A stretch of DNA of 64,000 nucleotides from an uncultured Candidatus Entotheonella sp. (GTDB taxonomy: Bacteria; Tectomicrobia; Entotheonellia; Entotheonellales; Entotheonellaceae), in assembly GCA_965215335.1 (NCBI GenBank), contig CBDCDA010000001.1, positions 1,472,001-1,536,000 of the forward strand, written 5' to 3'. A program made the position numbers and the translations under genes. Shown piece after piece: positions 22,228 to 33,459 of this stretch. Numbering within the stretch: the first letter of the stretch is position 1; each line of letters begins with the position of its first letter. Under the pieces are notes generated by a model, which saw only the letters and a program-made list of their open reading frames with translations, had not been told where the DNA came from and did not search any database.

Positions 22228-23922
22228 ATGGAAAAACGAGCCATCCTGGCCATCGTCTTATCCTTGGTCGTGGTCGTCGTGTGGTCGATTGTGTTCGCGC
22301 CTTCGACGTCACCCCCAACCGAATTTGATGATACGGCTCCGTCCGGCGCCCTTTCGCCCGATACACAGATACCGCCGGAATCCATCCGTATTGCGGAACA
22401 GAAAGCCGCACTCGCGGTCGCTCCAGGCGAAGCCGTCGAGCCGGCTGATTCTGAAGCTGAGGAGCGACTCATCCAGGTTGATACCGGCGTGACGCTCGTC
22501 ACCCTGACGAGCCGTGGCGCCGGGGTGCAAGCGATTCAGTTTCATGATTACCGGGAGGGTCTTGAAGACGACGCGGCGCCTATCGAAATTGCCCCGGTAC
22601 GCGGCGCGGCGACGGCGCCCCTGGCTGCCAACGTTGTGATGGACGGCACCTTGGCAATCCCGCTGGGCCGCCACATCTTCGTGAGCGACGGTGAGGACGT
22701 GATGCTGTCCGACAGCCACACGGAGGGCGACATTACTTTCCACGCCACTCTGGAGAACGGCGTCATCGTACGTCGTGTCTATCGTTTTGCCCGCGGGCGA
22801 TACGACTTCGAGGTGAGCACCTCGGTGGAGGGCCTGTCACCGCGTGCTAGCCATGCTCTGCATTTGCAATGGGGTCCTGGGTTGCTCGAACCCGACGAGG
22901 AAGAGCGCCGCGGCCAGACGGCCATCCTGCCCCGGAGCTACGTGAGCGGCAAAATCTTGGATGCGGTTCCAGACGAAGCCGGCGTGCCCGTCGTTGAGCA
23001 AGGACCGGTCTCGTGGGCCGCCCTCGGCGACACCTACTTTACTGCCGCTCTTATCCCCCGTGCGCCGCGGGCCGACGCCGTCATTGTCAGCCGCGGCCAG
23101 GAAGGTGCGTTGAATGTCGCCGTCCGCACACCACTGCTCCCCGACGACCCTCGGCAAACCGTGCAGGTGTATGTGGGGCCCAAGGAGAAACTCCTGCTGG
23201 AGGCCGTCGAGCCCTCGCTCAGCAAGGTCATCGATCTCGGTTTTTTCTCTCCCATGGCTCGTCCCATGTTGCAGCTTCTGCGCTTGGTCAACCGCTGGGT
23301 CCACAACTACGGCGTATCCATCATCCTCGTTACGGTCCTCATCAAGATCGTCTTCTGGCCGTTGACCCATAAAAGCTACAAGTCCATGAAGTCCATGCAG
23401 AAATTGCAGCCCAAAATGAAGGAGTTGCAGGCGCTGTACAAAGACGACAAGCAGGGCCTCAACCGCGCGATGATGCAGCTGTACCGCGACCAAAAGGTCA
23501 ACCCGATGGGCGGCTGCTTGCCGATGATCCTGCAAATCCCCTTCTTTTTTGCCTTCTATAACGCCCTCCTGTATTCCATTGAATTGCGCCACGCGCCGTT
23601 TATCTGTTGGGAAAACGAGATTCTTTGGGGTTTCCGTGGCATCTGTGACCTGTCGGTGTATGACCCGTCGTACATCACCCCCGTGCTGATGGGCGCCAGC
23701 ATGTTCTGGCAGCAGAGCATGATGCCCGCCGTGGGCGACCCGACGCAGGCCAAGATCATGAAGTTCATGCCGCTGATTTTCCTTTTTTTCTTTCTGAACG
23801 CGCCGGCCGGTCTGGTGGTGTACTGGCTGGTCAACAACGTGCTTAGCATCGTGCAGCAGATGTGGACGAACCGTGCCCGCGGGCGGGAAGAGGCCAGCGT
23901 CGGGGCTGTGAGCAAACGCTAG
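22228..23922 (+). CDS. yidC: Membrane protein insertase
   Basis: NYGVSII, VNPMGGCLPMILQIP, GLVVYWLVNN. Confidence 0.96.
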   Translation: MEKRAILAIVLSLVVVVVWSIVFAPSTSPPTEFDDTAPSGALSPDTQIPPESIRIAEQKAALAVAPGEAVEPADSEAEERLIQVDTGVTLVTLTSRGAGVQAIQFHDYREGLEDDAAPIEIAPVRGAATAPLAANVVMDGTLAIPLGRHIFVSDGEDVMLSDSHTEGDITFHATLENGVIVRRVYRFARGRYDFEVSTSVEGLSPRASHALHLQWGPGLLEPDEEERRGQTAILPRSYVSGKILDAVPDEAGVPVVEQGPVSWAALGDTYFTAALIPRAPRADAVIVSRGQEGALNVAVRTPLLPDDPRQTVQVYVGPKEKLLLEAVEPSLSKVIDLGFFSPMARPMLQLLRLVNRWVHNYGVSIILVTVLIKIVFWPLTHKSYKSMKSMQKLQPKMKELQALYKDDKQGLNRAMMQLYRDQKVNPMGGCLPMILQIPFFFAFYNALLYSIELRHAPFICWENEILWGFRGICDLSVYDPSYITPVLMGASMFWQQSMMPAVGDPTQAKIMKFMPLIFLFFFLNAPAGLVVYWLVNNVLSIVQQMWTNRARGREEASVGAVSKR

Positions 23923-23941
23923 GCAAGGGGGTGGAGGTGGT

Positions 23942-25330
23942 GTGGAAGCGGCCTGGCACGACACGATAGCCGCTCTTGCCACGCCGTTGGGCGTTGCCGG
24001 GATCGGCGTGGTGCGCATCAGCGGTCCGGACGCCGTCGCGGTGGCGCAGCGGGTGTTCGTGCGGCCCAGCGGCCTGCCGCTGGCAGGCCCGCAATCGCAC
24101 CGCGTTTATCATGGATTCGTGGTCGATGAACGGGGTGAACGGATTGACGAGGCGCTGCTCTGCGTCATGCGGCAGCCGAACTCCTATACGCGCGAGAATG
24201 TGACGGAGATCAGTTGCCACGGTGGCGTGATGACCACGCAGCGGGTCCTGGAGACGGTTTTGGCGCTGGGTGTCCGGGTGGCCGAGCCCGGTGAGTTTAC
24301 GCGGCGGGCGTTCCTGAACGGACGCCTCGACCTCACCCAGGCCGAGGCGGTCATCGACCTGATCAATGCTCGTACCCAGGCCAGCCACCGGGCAGCCATC
24401 CATCAACTCGACGGTGCCCTGTCCCGCCATCTCCGGGCGATGCGCGAGGAATTGATACAGGTCAGTGTCTACCTGGAGGCGGGGATCGACTTTCCCGAAG
24501 AAGACCTGCCATTGGTCTCCGCGGCGCTCCTCTGCAAGCGGTTGCAGGGTGTGGCAACACAGTTGGAGGTTCTCAGCGCCTCGTTTGCGCGTGGCCGCTT
24601 GCTGCGCGATGGTATGGCCGTGGCTGTCGTCGGGCGTCCCAACGTGGGGAAATCCAGTCTGTTGAACGCCTTGTCGGGCCGCGACCGCGCCATCGTATCG
24701 CCGCAGCCGGGGACAACGCGTGACACCATTGAAGAGGAATTGAGCATCGACGGCGTGCTGGTGCGTTTGACCGATACCGCCGGCCTGCACACTGCGACGG
24801 ATTTGATCGAGCAGGAAGGCATGCGCCGCGCCCGCACCGTTGTGGAACGCGCCGAGTTGCTGATCGTTGTGCTCGATGGCAGTATCGCACTGACCGCGGA
24901 CGACCTTCTCGTGCTGGCCGAGACCGCCGGCGCACCGCGCCTGCTGGTGCGCAACAAGTGCGACCTGCCGATGCCCTGGACCCCTGCCGACCTGCCATCG
25001 TCAGGCGCGCCAGACTCCATGCTCGACGTCTCGGCCCTGCATCAGCGCGGCCTGCGCGAGCTTGAGCAGGCCATCGTGCGGCAGGCGCTGGGCCATGAGC
25101 CGCCCAACCAGGATGAGATGCTTCTGACCCGCGCCCGGCACCATCAGAACATCGTCAGCGCCATGCAGGGCGTTCGCGCGGCGCAGCACGGTCTGCAACA
25201 CGGGATGCCGCTTGAGTGCGTGGCGCTCGAGGTCGGCGAGGCCTTGCAGCATATCTCTGACGTGCTCGGGGAGGGCGTTGCCGGCGAAGTTTTGGACCGC
25301 ATCTTCCACCAATTCTGTGTGGGCAAATGA
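23942..25330 (+). CDS. mnmE: tRNA modification GTPase
   Basis: [34 protein letters not shown]-terminal FCVGK. Confidence 0.97.
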   Translation: MEAAWHDTIAALATPLGVAGIGVVRISGPDAVAVAQRVFVRPSGLPLAGPQSHRVYHGFVVDERGERIDEALLCVMRQPNSYTRENVTEISCHGGVMTTQRVLETVLALGVRVAEPGEFTRRAFLNGRLDLTQAEAVIDLINARTQASHRAAIHQLDGALSRHLRAMREELIQVSVYLEAGIDFPEEDLPLVSAALLCKRLQGVATQLEVLSASFARGRLLRDGMAVAVVGRPNVGKSSLLNALSGRDRAIVSPQPGTTRDTIEEELSIDGVLVRLTDTAGLHTATDLIEQEGMRRARTVVERAELLIVVLDGSIALTADDLLVLAETAGAPRLLVRNKCDLPMPWTPADLPSSGAPDSMLDVSALHQRGLRELEQAIVRQALGHEPPNQDEMLLTRARHHQNIVSAMQGVRAAQHGLQHGMPLECVALEVGEALQHISDVLGEGVAGEVLDRIFHQFCVGK

Positions 25331-25349
25331 CCCTTGTAAGGAGCAGGCC

Positions 25350-27290
25350 ATGCCCGTCGCTCACAGCTTGCCAGCAAGAGGACGCGCCTATGACGTGATC
25401 GTGGTGGGAGCCGGGCACGCCGGCTGCGAGGCCGCCTTGGCCGCGGCGCGCATGGGGTGCCGCACCGCCGTTTTCACCACCAACCTGGACAGCATCGCCC
25501 TGATGCCGTGCAACCCCGCCGTCGGCGGCATTGCCAAAGGCCATCTGGTGCGCGAGATCGACGCCATGGGCGGCGAGATGGCCCGTTGTATTGACAGGAC
25601 GGGCATTCAGTTTCGCGTCCTGAACCGCAGCAAGGGCCCCGCCGTGCGTGGCTATCGCGCCCAGGCCGACAAGCTGGGTTACCGCCTGGAGATGAAAGCG
25701 CGGCTGGAGGCGCAGGACGGTCTGGACATCAAGCAGGCGCTCATCGAGCGCCTGCTGGTCGAGGGCGACCGCGTCGGTGGCGTTGTCACCCAGCTGGGCG
25801 AGACGTACCAGGCCCGCGCCGTCGTGGTCAGCACCGGCACCTTTCTCGGCGGCGTCATTCACGTCGGCCTCGGACAGTTTCCCGCCGGCCGCGCCGGTGA
25901 GTTCGCAGCCAATGGGCTGTCGCGGGACTACGCCGATCACGGCTTCCCGCTTGGCCGTCTCAAAACCGGCACCTGTCCGCGCCTAAACGCCCGCACCATC
26001 GACTTCGACAACCTGGAGGTGCAGCCCGGCGACGACCCGCCGCCGCCGTTCTCGTTCGATACCGCGGCCATTACCCAATCCCAGTTGCCCTGCTATCTGA
26101 CCTATACCAACGACCGCACGCACGACGTCATCCGGCAAAATCTCGCTCGCTCGCCGCTGTACAGCGGCGTGATCACGGGTGTCGGCCCGCGCTATTGCCC
26201 GTCGATCGAGGACAAGGTCAAACGCTTCCCCGACAAGGCGCGGCACCAGATTTTCCTCGAACCCGAAGGCCGCGACACGGTGGAAGTCTATCCGAACGGC
26301 ATCTCGACCAGTCTGCCCGAAGACGTGCAGGTCGCCATGGTGCGTACGATTCCCGGGTTGGAAGAGGCCGAGGTCATGCGTCCGGGCTATGCGGTGGAGT
26401 ACGACTTCGTGCCGCCCACCGAACTGCGCCCGACCCTGGAGACCAAACGCCTTGCCGGCCTCTACCACGCCGGCCAGATCAACGGCACCACCGGCTACGA
26501 GGAGGCCGCAGCGCAGGGGCTGGTGGCCGGCATCAACGCGGCGCTCCAGGTGCAAGGACGCCCGGCGCTGGTCATCAGGCGCACCGAAGGATACATCGGC
26601 GTCCTCATTGACGACCTGGTGACGCTGGGCACCAGCGAGCCCTACCGCATGTTTACCTCGCGCTCGGAGTACCGCCTCATCCTGCGGCAGGACAACGCCG
26701 ACCTGCGGCTGCGCGACAAGGGCTACGAGGTGGGCCTGGTGCCGGAGGATACCTACCGGCGTTTCTGCGACAAACGTCAGTACATCGAAGCCGAGGTCGG
26801 CCGCCTGGCTGCCAGCCGCGTGATGCCCCACGCCGGGGTCAACGACTTGCTGGCGCAACACGGCACCGACACGCTGAGCCAGCCGGCCTTTGCGGCGGAA
26901 CTGCTCAGGCGGCCGCAATTGACCTACGCCGATGTGCTGCAGCTGCTGGGCGAGGCGCCCGGGCTCGGCCCGGAGGTGATCGAGCAGGTCGAGATTCACC
27001 TGAAATATGAAGGCTACATCCGCCGGCAGCTCGAACAAGTCGCGCGCGTCGCGCGACTTGAAGACATGCCGCTGCCGACCAATTTCGATTACCGCCAGGT
27101 GCCCGGCCTGTCGCTCGAGATTCAGGAAAAGCTGCTGCATATCCGGCCGGCCTCGCTGGGACAAGCCGGGCGGATTTCCGGCGTCACGCCCGCGGCGGTG
27201 GCCATCCTCATGGTTTATTTTCAGAAGCATCGCAGCCCGCATGCCCCCCATCGAGCAACGTCTCAGGAAGCGCCTCTGCCAGCAGGCTGA
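25350..27290 (+). CDS. mnmG: tRNA uridine-5-carboxymethylaminomethyl modification enzyme
   Basis: [42 protein letters not shown]. Confidence 0.98.
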   Translation: MPVAHSLPARGRAYDVIVVGAGHAGCEAALAAARMGCRTAVFTTNLDSIALMPCNPAVGGIAKGHLVREIDAMGGEMARCIDRTGIQFRVLNRSKGPAVRGYRAQADKLGYRLEMKARLEAQDGLDIKQALIERLLVEGDRVGGVVTQLGETYQARAVVVSTGTFLGGVIHVGLGQFPAGRAGEFAANGLSRDYADHGFPLGRLKTGTCPRLNARTIDFDNLEVQPGDDPPPPFSFDTAAITQSQLPCYLTYTNDRTHDVIRQNLARSPLYSGVITGVGPRYCPSIEDKVKRFPDKARHQIFLEPEGRDTVEVYPNGISTSLPEDVQVAMVRTIPGLEEAEVMRPGYAVEYDFVPPTELRPTLETKRLAGLYHAGQINGTTGYEEAAAQGLVAGINAALQVQGRPALVIRRTEGYIGVLIDDLVTLGTSEPYRMFTSRSEYRLILRQDNADLRLRDKGYEVGLVPEDTYRRFCDKRQYIEAEVGRLAASRVMPHAGVNDLLAQHGTDTLSQPAFAAELLRRPQLTYADVLQLLGEAPGLGPEVIEQVEIHLKYEGYIRRQLEQVARVARLEDMPLPTNFDYRQVPGLSLEIQEKLLHIRPASLGQAGRISGVTPAAVAILMVYFQKHRSPHAPHRATSQEAPLPAG

Positions 27291-27921
27291 GCGCCGCGGT
27301 CTGGACCTCTCCGAGGTCCAGGTGGATACGTTGATGCGCTACCTGGACCTCGTGTTGCAGGCGCGTCCGCACCTCAACCTCACCGGCCTGCGCGATCCCG
27401 AGCGCATCCTCGACGTGCTCATCGTCGAGTCTCTCGATTTCTGTCGGCCCGACCTGATTCCAGCCACCGGGCGTGTTCTTGATCTCGGCACCGGTGCCGG
27501 CGTGCCGGGGATGACCCTGGCCGTCTGGGGCAGTAACCTGCATCTCACCCTGCTCGACCGCACCCAGAAGAAAATCGCCTTCGTGCGTCGCGCCGCCCTG
27601 GCCCTGGGGCTGCACAATTGCCACCCCGCCTGGGGCTCCGCTGAAGAACTGTCGCGGCGTGTGCTCCCGGGCGAATGCTTCGACGTCGTTGTGGCGCGCG
27701 GCGTTGGTTCCATCGCGCACCTCGTGCGGCTCGCCCGGCCCTTATTGCGCCCGCACGGAAAACTTGTGCTACGCAAACCGTTGAGTACCCCCGATCACCA
27801 GGGGGCCGAGGCATTGCTGGCCTCTCCCGCCTGGTCCGGCATGTGCTCATTCTCGTTGCCCGAAAGCGATGCCATGCCGTGGGTCCTGCTGGCTATCGAG
27901 CGGGCCGCGGCCGCCGACTGA
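27241..27921 (+). CDS. rsmG: 16S rRNA m7G527 methyltransferase
   Basis: [20 protein letters not shown]; follows mnmG. Confidence 0.9.
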   Translation: MPPIEQRLRKRLCQQAERRGLDLSEVQVDTLMRYLDLVLQARPHLNLTGLRDPERILDVLIVESLDFCRPDLIPATGRVLDLGTGAGVPGMTLAVWGSNLHLTLLDRTQKKIAFVRRAALALGLHNCHPAWGSAEELSRRVLPGECFDVVVARGVGSIAHLVRLARPLLRPHGKLVLRKPLSTPDHQGAEALLASPAWSGMCSFSLPESDAMPWVLLAIERAAAAD

Positions 27922-27982
27922 AGATCAAGTCGTTGCCTTGAGGAAGCCTGTCACCCATGGACCGGGATAGGGAGTCACTCGG

Positions 27983-28849
27983 ATGTCATTGCCGGTAGCA
28001 GAAAATAGGGAAGGGATCCTGTCGCTGAATACACCGTTCGAGGCGTTGCCGCTGGTATGTGTGGATGTCGAGACGACCGGGTTGACGCCGGACAGGGGTG
28101 CCCGGGTCTGCGAGATTGCCTTGCTGCGCAGCGAAGGGGGGCGGGAAGTGGCGCGTTTCGAGTCGCTGGTGCAGCCGCAGCAGCCGATACCGCCGGAGGT
28201 GATCCGCGTGCACGGCATTACCGACGCCATGGTCGCCGAGGCGCCGATCTTCGCGGTCCTGCTGCCGGATATTCGAGACCTGTTGTACGGTGCCGTGGTT
28301 GTCGGCCACAACGTGCACTTCGACCTGCGCTTCCTGCGCCACGAATGGCATACCGCCGGCGTCACGGGTGGCGTGCTGCCGGAATGTGCGGCGATCGACA
28401 CCCTGGCCCTGGCTCGTACGTACTTCGATTTCCCCCAAAACGGCCTCGGTGCGATTGCCGCCACCCTCGGCATCGTCCATACCGCCGCGCACCGCGCCAT
28501 GGGCGACGTGCTGGCCACCTGGAACGTCCTGCAGCATTTCGTGGCGGCATTGCGCCGCCACGGGCCGGTGACGCTGGCCGATCTGTTCCTGCCGCGCCTG
28601 CCTGACGACGCCGGTGCCGGTACCCGCGACCTGGTAACCACCCTGCAAGACGCCCTGCCTGAAAGCATCCCATTGCGCATGCGCTACCGCGCCTGGCGCG
28701 CCTCCGAAACCGTCCGCGTGGTACAGCCCCTCGCCGTCTACTTCCAGAGCGGCCACGGCTTCCTTCACGCCTTCTGCCACCTGCGACGCGAGGAGCGGCA
28801 CTTCCGCCTGGACCGCATCCTCGAGCTCGAGCCGTTAGGTGACGAGTAG
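27983..28849 (+). CDS. DEDDh 3'-5' exonuclease fused to a C-terminal WYL domain
   Basis: DVETTG, HNVHFD, HRAMGD; C-terminus RVVQP...LHAFCHLRREERHFRLDRI. Confidence 0.85.
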   Translation: MSLPVAENREGILSLNTPFEALPLVCVDVETTGLTPDRGARVCEIALLRSEGGREVARFESLVQPQQPIPPEVIRVHGITDAMVAEAPIFAVLLPDIRDLLYGAVVVGHNVHFDLRFLRHEWHTAGVTGGVLPECAAIDTLALARTYFDFPQNGLGAIAATLGIVHTAAHRAMGDVLATWNVLQHFVAALRRHGPVTLADLFLPRLPDDAGAGTRDLVTTLQDALPESIPLRMRYRAWRASETVRVVQPLAVYFQSGHGFLHAFCHLRREERHFRLDRILELEPLGDE

Positions 28850-28934
28850 GGGGATCTTGGGCCGGCGTGGGCGGTGACGTCGCGCGGGTCGATAGCCTGG
28901 AATACCTGCTCCACGGCGATCTGCAGAAACACCC

Positions 28935-29112
28935 ATGCCGGTTCTGTCCAACGTTTTACGGTATAGTGATTCGCATGTGTTTCTACGACGACAAGCAACA
29001 CCACAGGCCCCATGTGCATGCCGAGTACGCCGGAGAACAGGCGGTGTTCGGCATCGGTGAGGGGGAGGTATTGGCTGGCGGCCTGCCTTCCGGGAAAGCC
29101 CGATTGGTATCA
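28935..29112 (+). pseudogene. Frameshifted, truncated DUF4160-like (TA-associated) gene
   Basis: MPVLS then one-base shift to FYGIVIRMCFYDDKQHHRPHVHAEYAG...GEVLAGGLPSGKARLV; C-terminal part absent. Confidence 0.7.
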
Positions 29113-29172
29113 GAATCCCGCCGCCTTCCGCTGACCCCAACATCGCAGAACGTGCATAAGGAGAACCAGCTC

Positions 29173-30378
29173 ATGGCCCAAAAGCCGCTGCTTGACGGGA
29201 TTCGTGTACTCGACCTGGGGCGCTTCATTGCCGCGCCGTATGCCGGGCAGTTGCTGGCCGACCTCGGCGCCGAGGTGGTGCGGGTGGAGCGCCCGGGGCC
29301 GGAGCCGGACCGGCTCCGGGGACCGCATCTGAACGGCGATTCCATGTACTTCGTCACCATCAACCGCCACAAGAAATCCGCCGCCTTCAACCTGTTCGAC
29401 GAAGCGGGCCGGCGCCTGCTCGATCGGCTCATCGTCAACGCCGACATCCTCATCCAGAACTACTCGCCGCGCGTCGCGCGCGACCTCGGCTTCACCAGGG
29501 AGCGGCTGCTCGGTCTCAACCCGCGCCTGATTGCGCTGTCCATTACGGGTTACGGCGCCGGCGGACCGGACGCCGAGCGGGTGGCCTTCGACGGGCTGGC
29601 GCAGGCGCGGAGCGGCGCCATGGCCTGCAACGGCAGCGGCCAGCCGTTTCTCAACCACCTGCCGTACGTCGATTTCAGCACCGCCCTGTACGGCGGCTTC
29701 GGCGTCATGGCAGCCCTGTACGACCGCGAGCGCACCGGCAAGGGGCAGTTCGTGGAAGTGTCGCTGATCGAAACCATCAGCGCCTTTGCGGGCACCTACG
29801 GCATGATCGCCGAAACCGCGCTGACCGGTACCACCCGCCACCGGCAGGGCAACGCCCTGGTCTACGCGCTCGGCGACTGCGTGCAGGCCAGCGACGGCGG
29901 CTTCGTGATCTTCAACTGCATCGGCAACATGTTCAAGCGCTTGTGCGAGATGATCGGCCGCCCGGAGTTGCTGGACGACCCGCGCTTCGCCACCGACGAC
30001 CTGCGCCACACCAACCGCGACGCGCTCATGGCGCACGTCACCGACTGGGCGGTCGGCCTGGCGACCCCCGACATCCTCGCCGCCGCCGAGCACTTCCACC
30101 TGCCCTTCGAGCGCGTCAGTACGGTGGCGGACTTGGCATGCGATCCGCATGCCGCGGCGCGCGCCCTGTTTCCGCGCGTCGATCAGCCTGGCATGGGGCC
30201 GATACCGGTCGCCCGGCAGGGGTTGAACCTCAGCGCCCATCCGCATCCCGACCTGCGCCCGGCACCGGCCATCGGCGAGCACACCGTGGAGGTGCTGCAG
30301 GACTGGCTGGGCTACACCCCGGAGCAGGTTCACGAGTTGCTGGAGGAGGCCGTTGCACTTGCCGCTGAGGTCCGTTAG
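29173..30378 (+). CDS. CaiB/BaiF family III CoA-transferase
   Basis: LDGIRVLDL, LADLGAEVVRVE, NRHKKS, PAIGEHT. Confidence 0.92.
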   Translation: MAQKPLLDGIRVLDLGRFIAAPYAGQLLADLGAEVVRVERPGPEPDRLRGPHLNGDSMYFVTINRHKKSAAFNLFDEAGRRLLDRLIVNADILIQNYSPRVARDLGFTRERLLGLNPRLIALSITGYGAGGPDAERVAFDGLAQARSGAMACNGSGQPFLNHLPYVDFSTALYGGFGVMAALYDRERTGKGQFVEVSLIETISAFAGTYGMIAETALTGTTRHRQGNALVYALGDCVQASDGGFVIFNCIGNMFKRLCEMIGRPELLDDPRFATDDLRHTNRDALMAHVTDWAVGLATPDILAAAEHFHLPFERVSTVADLACDPHAAARALFPRVDQPGMGPIPVARQGLNLSAHPHPDLRPAPAIGEHTVEVLQDWLGYTPEQVHELLEEAVALAAEVR

Positions 30379-30396
30379 CCGCGGCGAAAACTTCAC

Positions 30397-30426
30397 TTGA
30401 TGTCTCCGGAGTGGCGGTGCTAGGAT
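30397..30426 (+). promoter_or_regulatory. Putative promoter of the SSS operon
   Basis: TTGATG-18 nt-TAGGAT with extended TG. Confidence 0.4.
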
Positions 30427-30513
30427 GCGCTGCCTTTTAGCAAAGCCTTAACGGGCGTCCTGTGTCATGCGCGGAGGCCGACATGAGCTAGCATCCTACG
30501 GGGGGACGGCGAG

Positions 30514-32493
30514 ATGAGCGCTGCGGTGGTGTGGTTATTCGTGTTTGTGATCCTTTATTGGGTCTATTGCATCTACTGGGGGGTGAAGGGAGCCAAGACG
30601 GCCAGGACGGCCTCGGACTACTTCATCGCCGGGCGTTCGATTCCCCTGTGGGTGTTCGTGCTCGCCGCTACCGCCACGTCGTTCTCGGGCTGGACGTTCG
30701 TGGGCCATCCCGGCCTCGTCTACCGCGACGGCTTCCAATATGCCTACGCCTCGTTCTACGCCATTACCATCCCCTTCACCGGCCTGGTCTTCCTGAAACG
30801 CCAATGGATGCTCGGCAAGCGCTTCGGCTACGTGACGCCGGGCGAAATGTACGCCGACTACTTCCGTTCCGACCTGATGCGCCTCCTCACCGTGCTGGTG
30901 GCCCTGATCTTCTCCGTGCCCTACCTCGGCGTGCAGTTGCGCGCCTCCGGTTTCCTGTTCAACGTCCTCACCAACGACCTCTTCCCCGTCTGGCTCGGCA
31001 TGTGGCTGTTGTCGCTGGTGGTCATCATCTACGTCGCCTCGGGCGGCCTGCGGGCGGTGGCCTACGTGGATACGGTGCAGTGCATCCTGCTGGCGGTGGG
31101 CATCGTCGCCGTCGGGTTGATCACCCTGGGCTACGTCGGCGGCTTCGGCGCCCTGAACGAGGGCATCGCCAGGCTGGCGGAAATCGACACCAAGCGAACG
31201 CCGGCGGGGTACAGCCACTACGTCGCCATACCCGGGGTCATCCAGTTCGTGAAGGCGGGGCCCAGCGCCGTCGGCGGTGCCTGGACGGGTATCATGATCC
31301 TTACCTACATGTTCGCGCTCATGGGCATTCAGTCGGCACCGGCGTTCTCGATGTGGTCGTTCTCCAACCGCAATCCGCGTCCCTTCGCGCCGCAGCAGGT
31401 ATGGGCGTCGTCGTGTGGCATCGGCTTCATCCTGATCGTCTTCACGGCCATCCAGGGCATGGGGGCGCACCTGTTGGGCGCCGACAAGGCCATGCTCGAC
31501 GCCGCGCAGGTGGTGCAGGCCGCCGGGCAGCCCGCCGGGGTCGTCAACGACGTGCTGCAGTTGGGCCGCGACATCATGGACATGCCGGGCAAGCAGGGGT
31601 TCCTGGTGCCGGTGCTGATTCGCCTGATGAGCGCCGTGGCGCCGTGGCTCGTCGGCCTGCTGGCGGTGTGCGCGCTGGCGGCGATGCAGTCGACCGGCGC
31701 GGCGTACATGTCCACCGCAGCCGGCATGCTGACCCGCGATATCTACAAGCGCTTCTTCAGCCCCGACGCGACGCACGATGCGCAAAAGCTGCTCGGGCGC
31801 GTCGGCGTGGTGGTGATCACGGTTCTGGCCCTGGTCGTGGCGACCACCTCACGAGATGCCCTGGTGCTGCTCGGCGGTTTGGCGGTGGCCTACGGCTTCC
31901 AGATGTGGCCGGCGCTGATCGCCACCTGCTGGTGGCCGTGGCTGACGCGGCAAGGCGTTACGGTGGGGCTCGTCGCCGGTATCATTGCGGTGACGCTTAC
32001 CGAGTCGATCGGGCAGCAGTGGTTCGGCATCACCGCCTGGGGCCGCTGGCCGCTGACCATTCACTCGGCGGGCTGGGGCCTGATCTTCAACCTCGGTCTG
32101 GCCATCCTGATTTCGTTTGCCACGCAGAGCCGCGAGGGCACCGAGCATCGCATGCGCTTCCACACCTTCCTGAAAGAGCACGCCGCCCTGCCCGAGGCCA
32201 AGAAGCCCCTGATTCCCTGGGCCTGGGGCATCACGATTGCCTGGTTCTTCTTCGGCATCGGGCCGGGGGCCGTCATCGGCAACACGATTTTCGGCAACCC
32301 GAACGATGCCACCACGTGGATATTCGGCATCCCCTCCATCTGGGCCTGGCAAATCCTGTGGTGGGCGCTGGGCGTCGGCATGATGTGGTTCCTGGGCTAC
32401 AAGATGCAGATGTCCACGGTGCCGGAACAGGAGGTCGTGGCGCTGGTGGAGGACATCGGCGACGTGAAGGTTCCAGAGGCCACGACGGATTAA
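30514..32493 (+). CDS. Sodium:solute symporter family protein
   Basis: DYFIAGR, ATSFSGWTFVG, GGLRAVAYVD, LAAMQST; many TM helices. Confidence 0.92.
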   Translation: MSAAVVWLFVFVILYWVYCIYWGVKGAKTARTASDYFIAGRSIPLWVFVLAATATSFSGWTFVGHPGLVYRDGFQYAYASFYAITIPFTGLVFLKRQWMLGKRFGYVTPGEMYADYFRSDLMRLLTVLVALIFSVPYLGVQLRASGFLFNVLTNDLFPVWLGMWLLSLVVIIYVASGGLRAVAYVDTVQCILLAVGIVAVGLITLGYVGGFGALNEGIARLAEIDTKRTPAGYSHYVAIPGVIQFVKAGPSAVGGAWTGIMILTYMFALMGIQSAPAFSMWSFSNRNPRPFAPQQVWASSCGIGFILIVFTAIQGMGAHLLGADKAMLDAAQVVQAAGQPAGVVNDVLQLGRDIMDMPGKQGFLVPVLIRLMSAVAPWLVGLLAVCALAAMQSTGAAYMSTAAGMLTRDIYKRFFSPDATHDAQKLLGRVGVVVITVLALVVATTSRDALVLLGGLAVAYGFQMWPALIATCWWPWLTRQGVTVGLVAGIIAVTLTESIGQQWFGITAWGRWPLTIHSAGWGLIFNLGLAILISFATQSREGTEHRMRFHTFLKEHAALPEAKKPLIPWAWGITIAWFFFGIGPGAVIGNTIFGNPNDATTWIFGIPSIWAWQILWWALGVGMMWFLGYKMQMSTVPEQEVVALVEDIGDVKVPEATTD

Positions 32494-32529
32494 TCCCGGC
32501 GCTGAGCGGTTGGCGAGGGGCGTCGCATC

Positions 32530-32775
32530 ATGGCAGGATGGATCATTGCCTGGTACGGTATTTCGTCGTTTCTGCTCGGCCTGCTGCTCTTCTGGCCCCT
32601 CCGCAAGCTCATCTTGGCCCTGAGCATCAACCGCCACCAGCGCCGCATCCAGGCCGACATCGACGATGCGGAGCGGGAACGGCAACGGCAGCGGGTCACC
32701 TGGGTCGCCGCTTGCATCGCCATGACGTTCGCTTTCCTGTATAACCACTTCGTCTTCTTCCGGTCGGTCGGCTGA
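32530..32775 (+). CDS. Small two-TM membrane protein
   Basis: Two hydrophobic segments around a charged loop; within the SSS-TPR operon. Confidence 0.7.
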   Translation: MAGWIIAWYGISSFLLGLLLFWPLRKLILALSINRHQRRIQADIDDAERERQRQRVTWVAACIAMTFAFLYNHFVFFRSVG

Positions 32776-32776
32776 C

Positions 32777-33361
32777 ATGCACGCGCTCACCCGCAGGGAG
32801 AACCGCGTCGGCCTCCTCCTCCTCCTGCTGTTCGTGGCAATCGTGGCCTTCGTGCTGTACTGGCGCACCTCGGTGGAGGACACGCCGGGCGACTATCACG
32901 TCAAGACGGGCAACTACCGCCTGCAGGATGGGCAGTATGACCGGGCCATCGCCGAATTCGAGCTCGCCCTGGAAGCGAATGCCGGCCACCCGCTGGCCTA
33001 CCTCGGTATCGCGCTGGCCCTGATGCACCAAAAACGCTACGAGGCTTCCCTGGAAGCCTTCGACCGCTCCCTGACGCTTGATAATTCCCTGGCCGTGGCC
33101 TATGCCGACCGGGGCATCTTGTATGACCGGATGGGTCAGCACGCCTTGGCACTGCAGGACTACCGCCGTGCCTTGGACCTCGACCCCAAGCTGGCCAACG
33201 GCCCCGGCTGGCTGTGGCGTTTCCTCCGCAACGTATCCGAACGCCCCCCCACCATTGCCGACCGCGCCGCCTACCTCGAAGCCGAACTGCGCAAGGCGCC
33301 CGCAGATCGCCTTCTGAGCCTGCCGGAGATCGACGCGCAGCAGCGCATGTACCCGTACTGA
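32777..33361 (+). CDS. Membrane-anchored TPR protein
   Basis: N-terminal TM followed by TPRs (GQYDRAIAEFELAL, AYADRGILY..ALQDYRRAL). Confidence 0.85.
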   Translation: MHALTRRENRVGLLLLLLFVAIVAFVLYWRTSVEDTPGDYHVKTGNYRLQDGQYDRAIAEFELALEANAGHPLAYLGIALALMHQKRYEASLEAFDRSLTLDNSLAVAYADRGILYDRMGQHALALQDYRRALDLDPKLANGPGWLWRFLRNVSERPPTIADRAAYLEAELRKAPADRLLSLPEIDAQQRMYPY

Positions 33362-33459
33362 TATGCCGCACGCCGGTGCTTGAGAAAGCCCCTTGACGTG
33401 CTATGCTTCACGCCTGTGGCGTCAGATTGACGATGTTGGTAGATTGTGGCGTGACTCGC

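Noticed and set aside
30421..30498. TAGGATGC/GCATCCTA inverted repeat as a riboswitch before the SSS gene
   Set aside because: Only 8 bp, one arm is the putative -10 box and would not be transcribed, and no known aptamer motif is present
30531..32744. 737-aa alternative-frame ORF over the SSS gene
   Set aside because: Arg/Gly/Ala-rich shadow frame typical of high-GC coding DNA; no motifs
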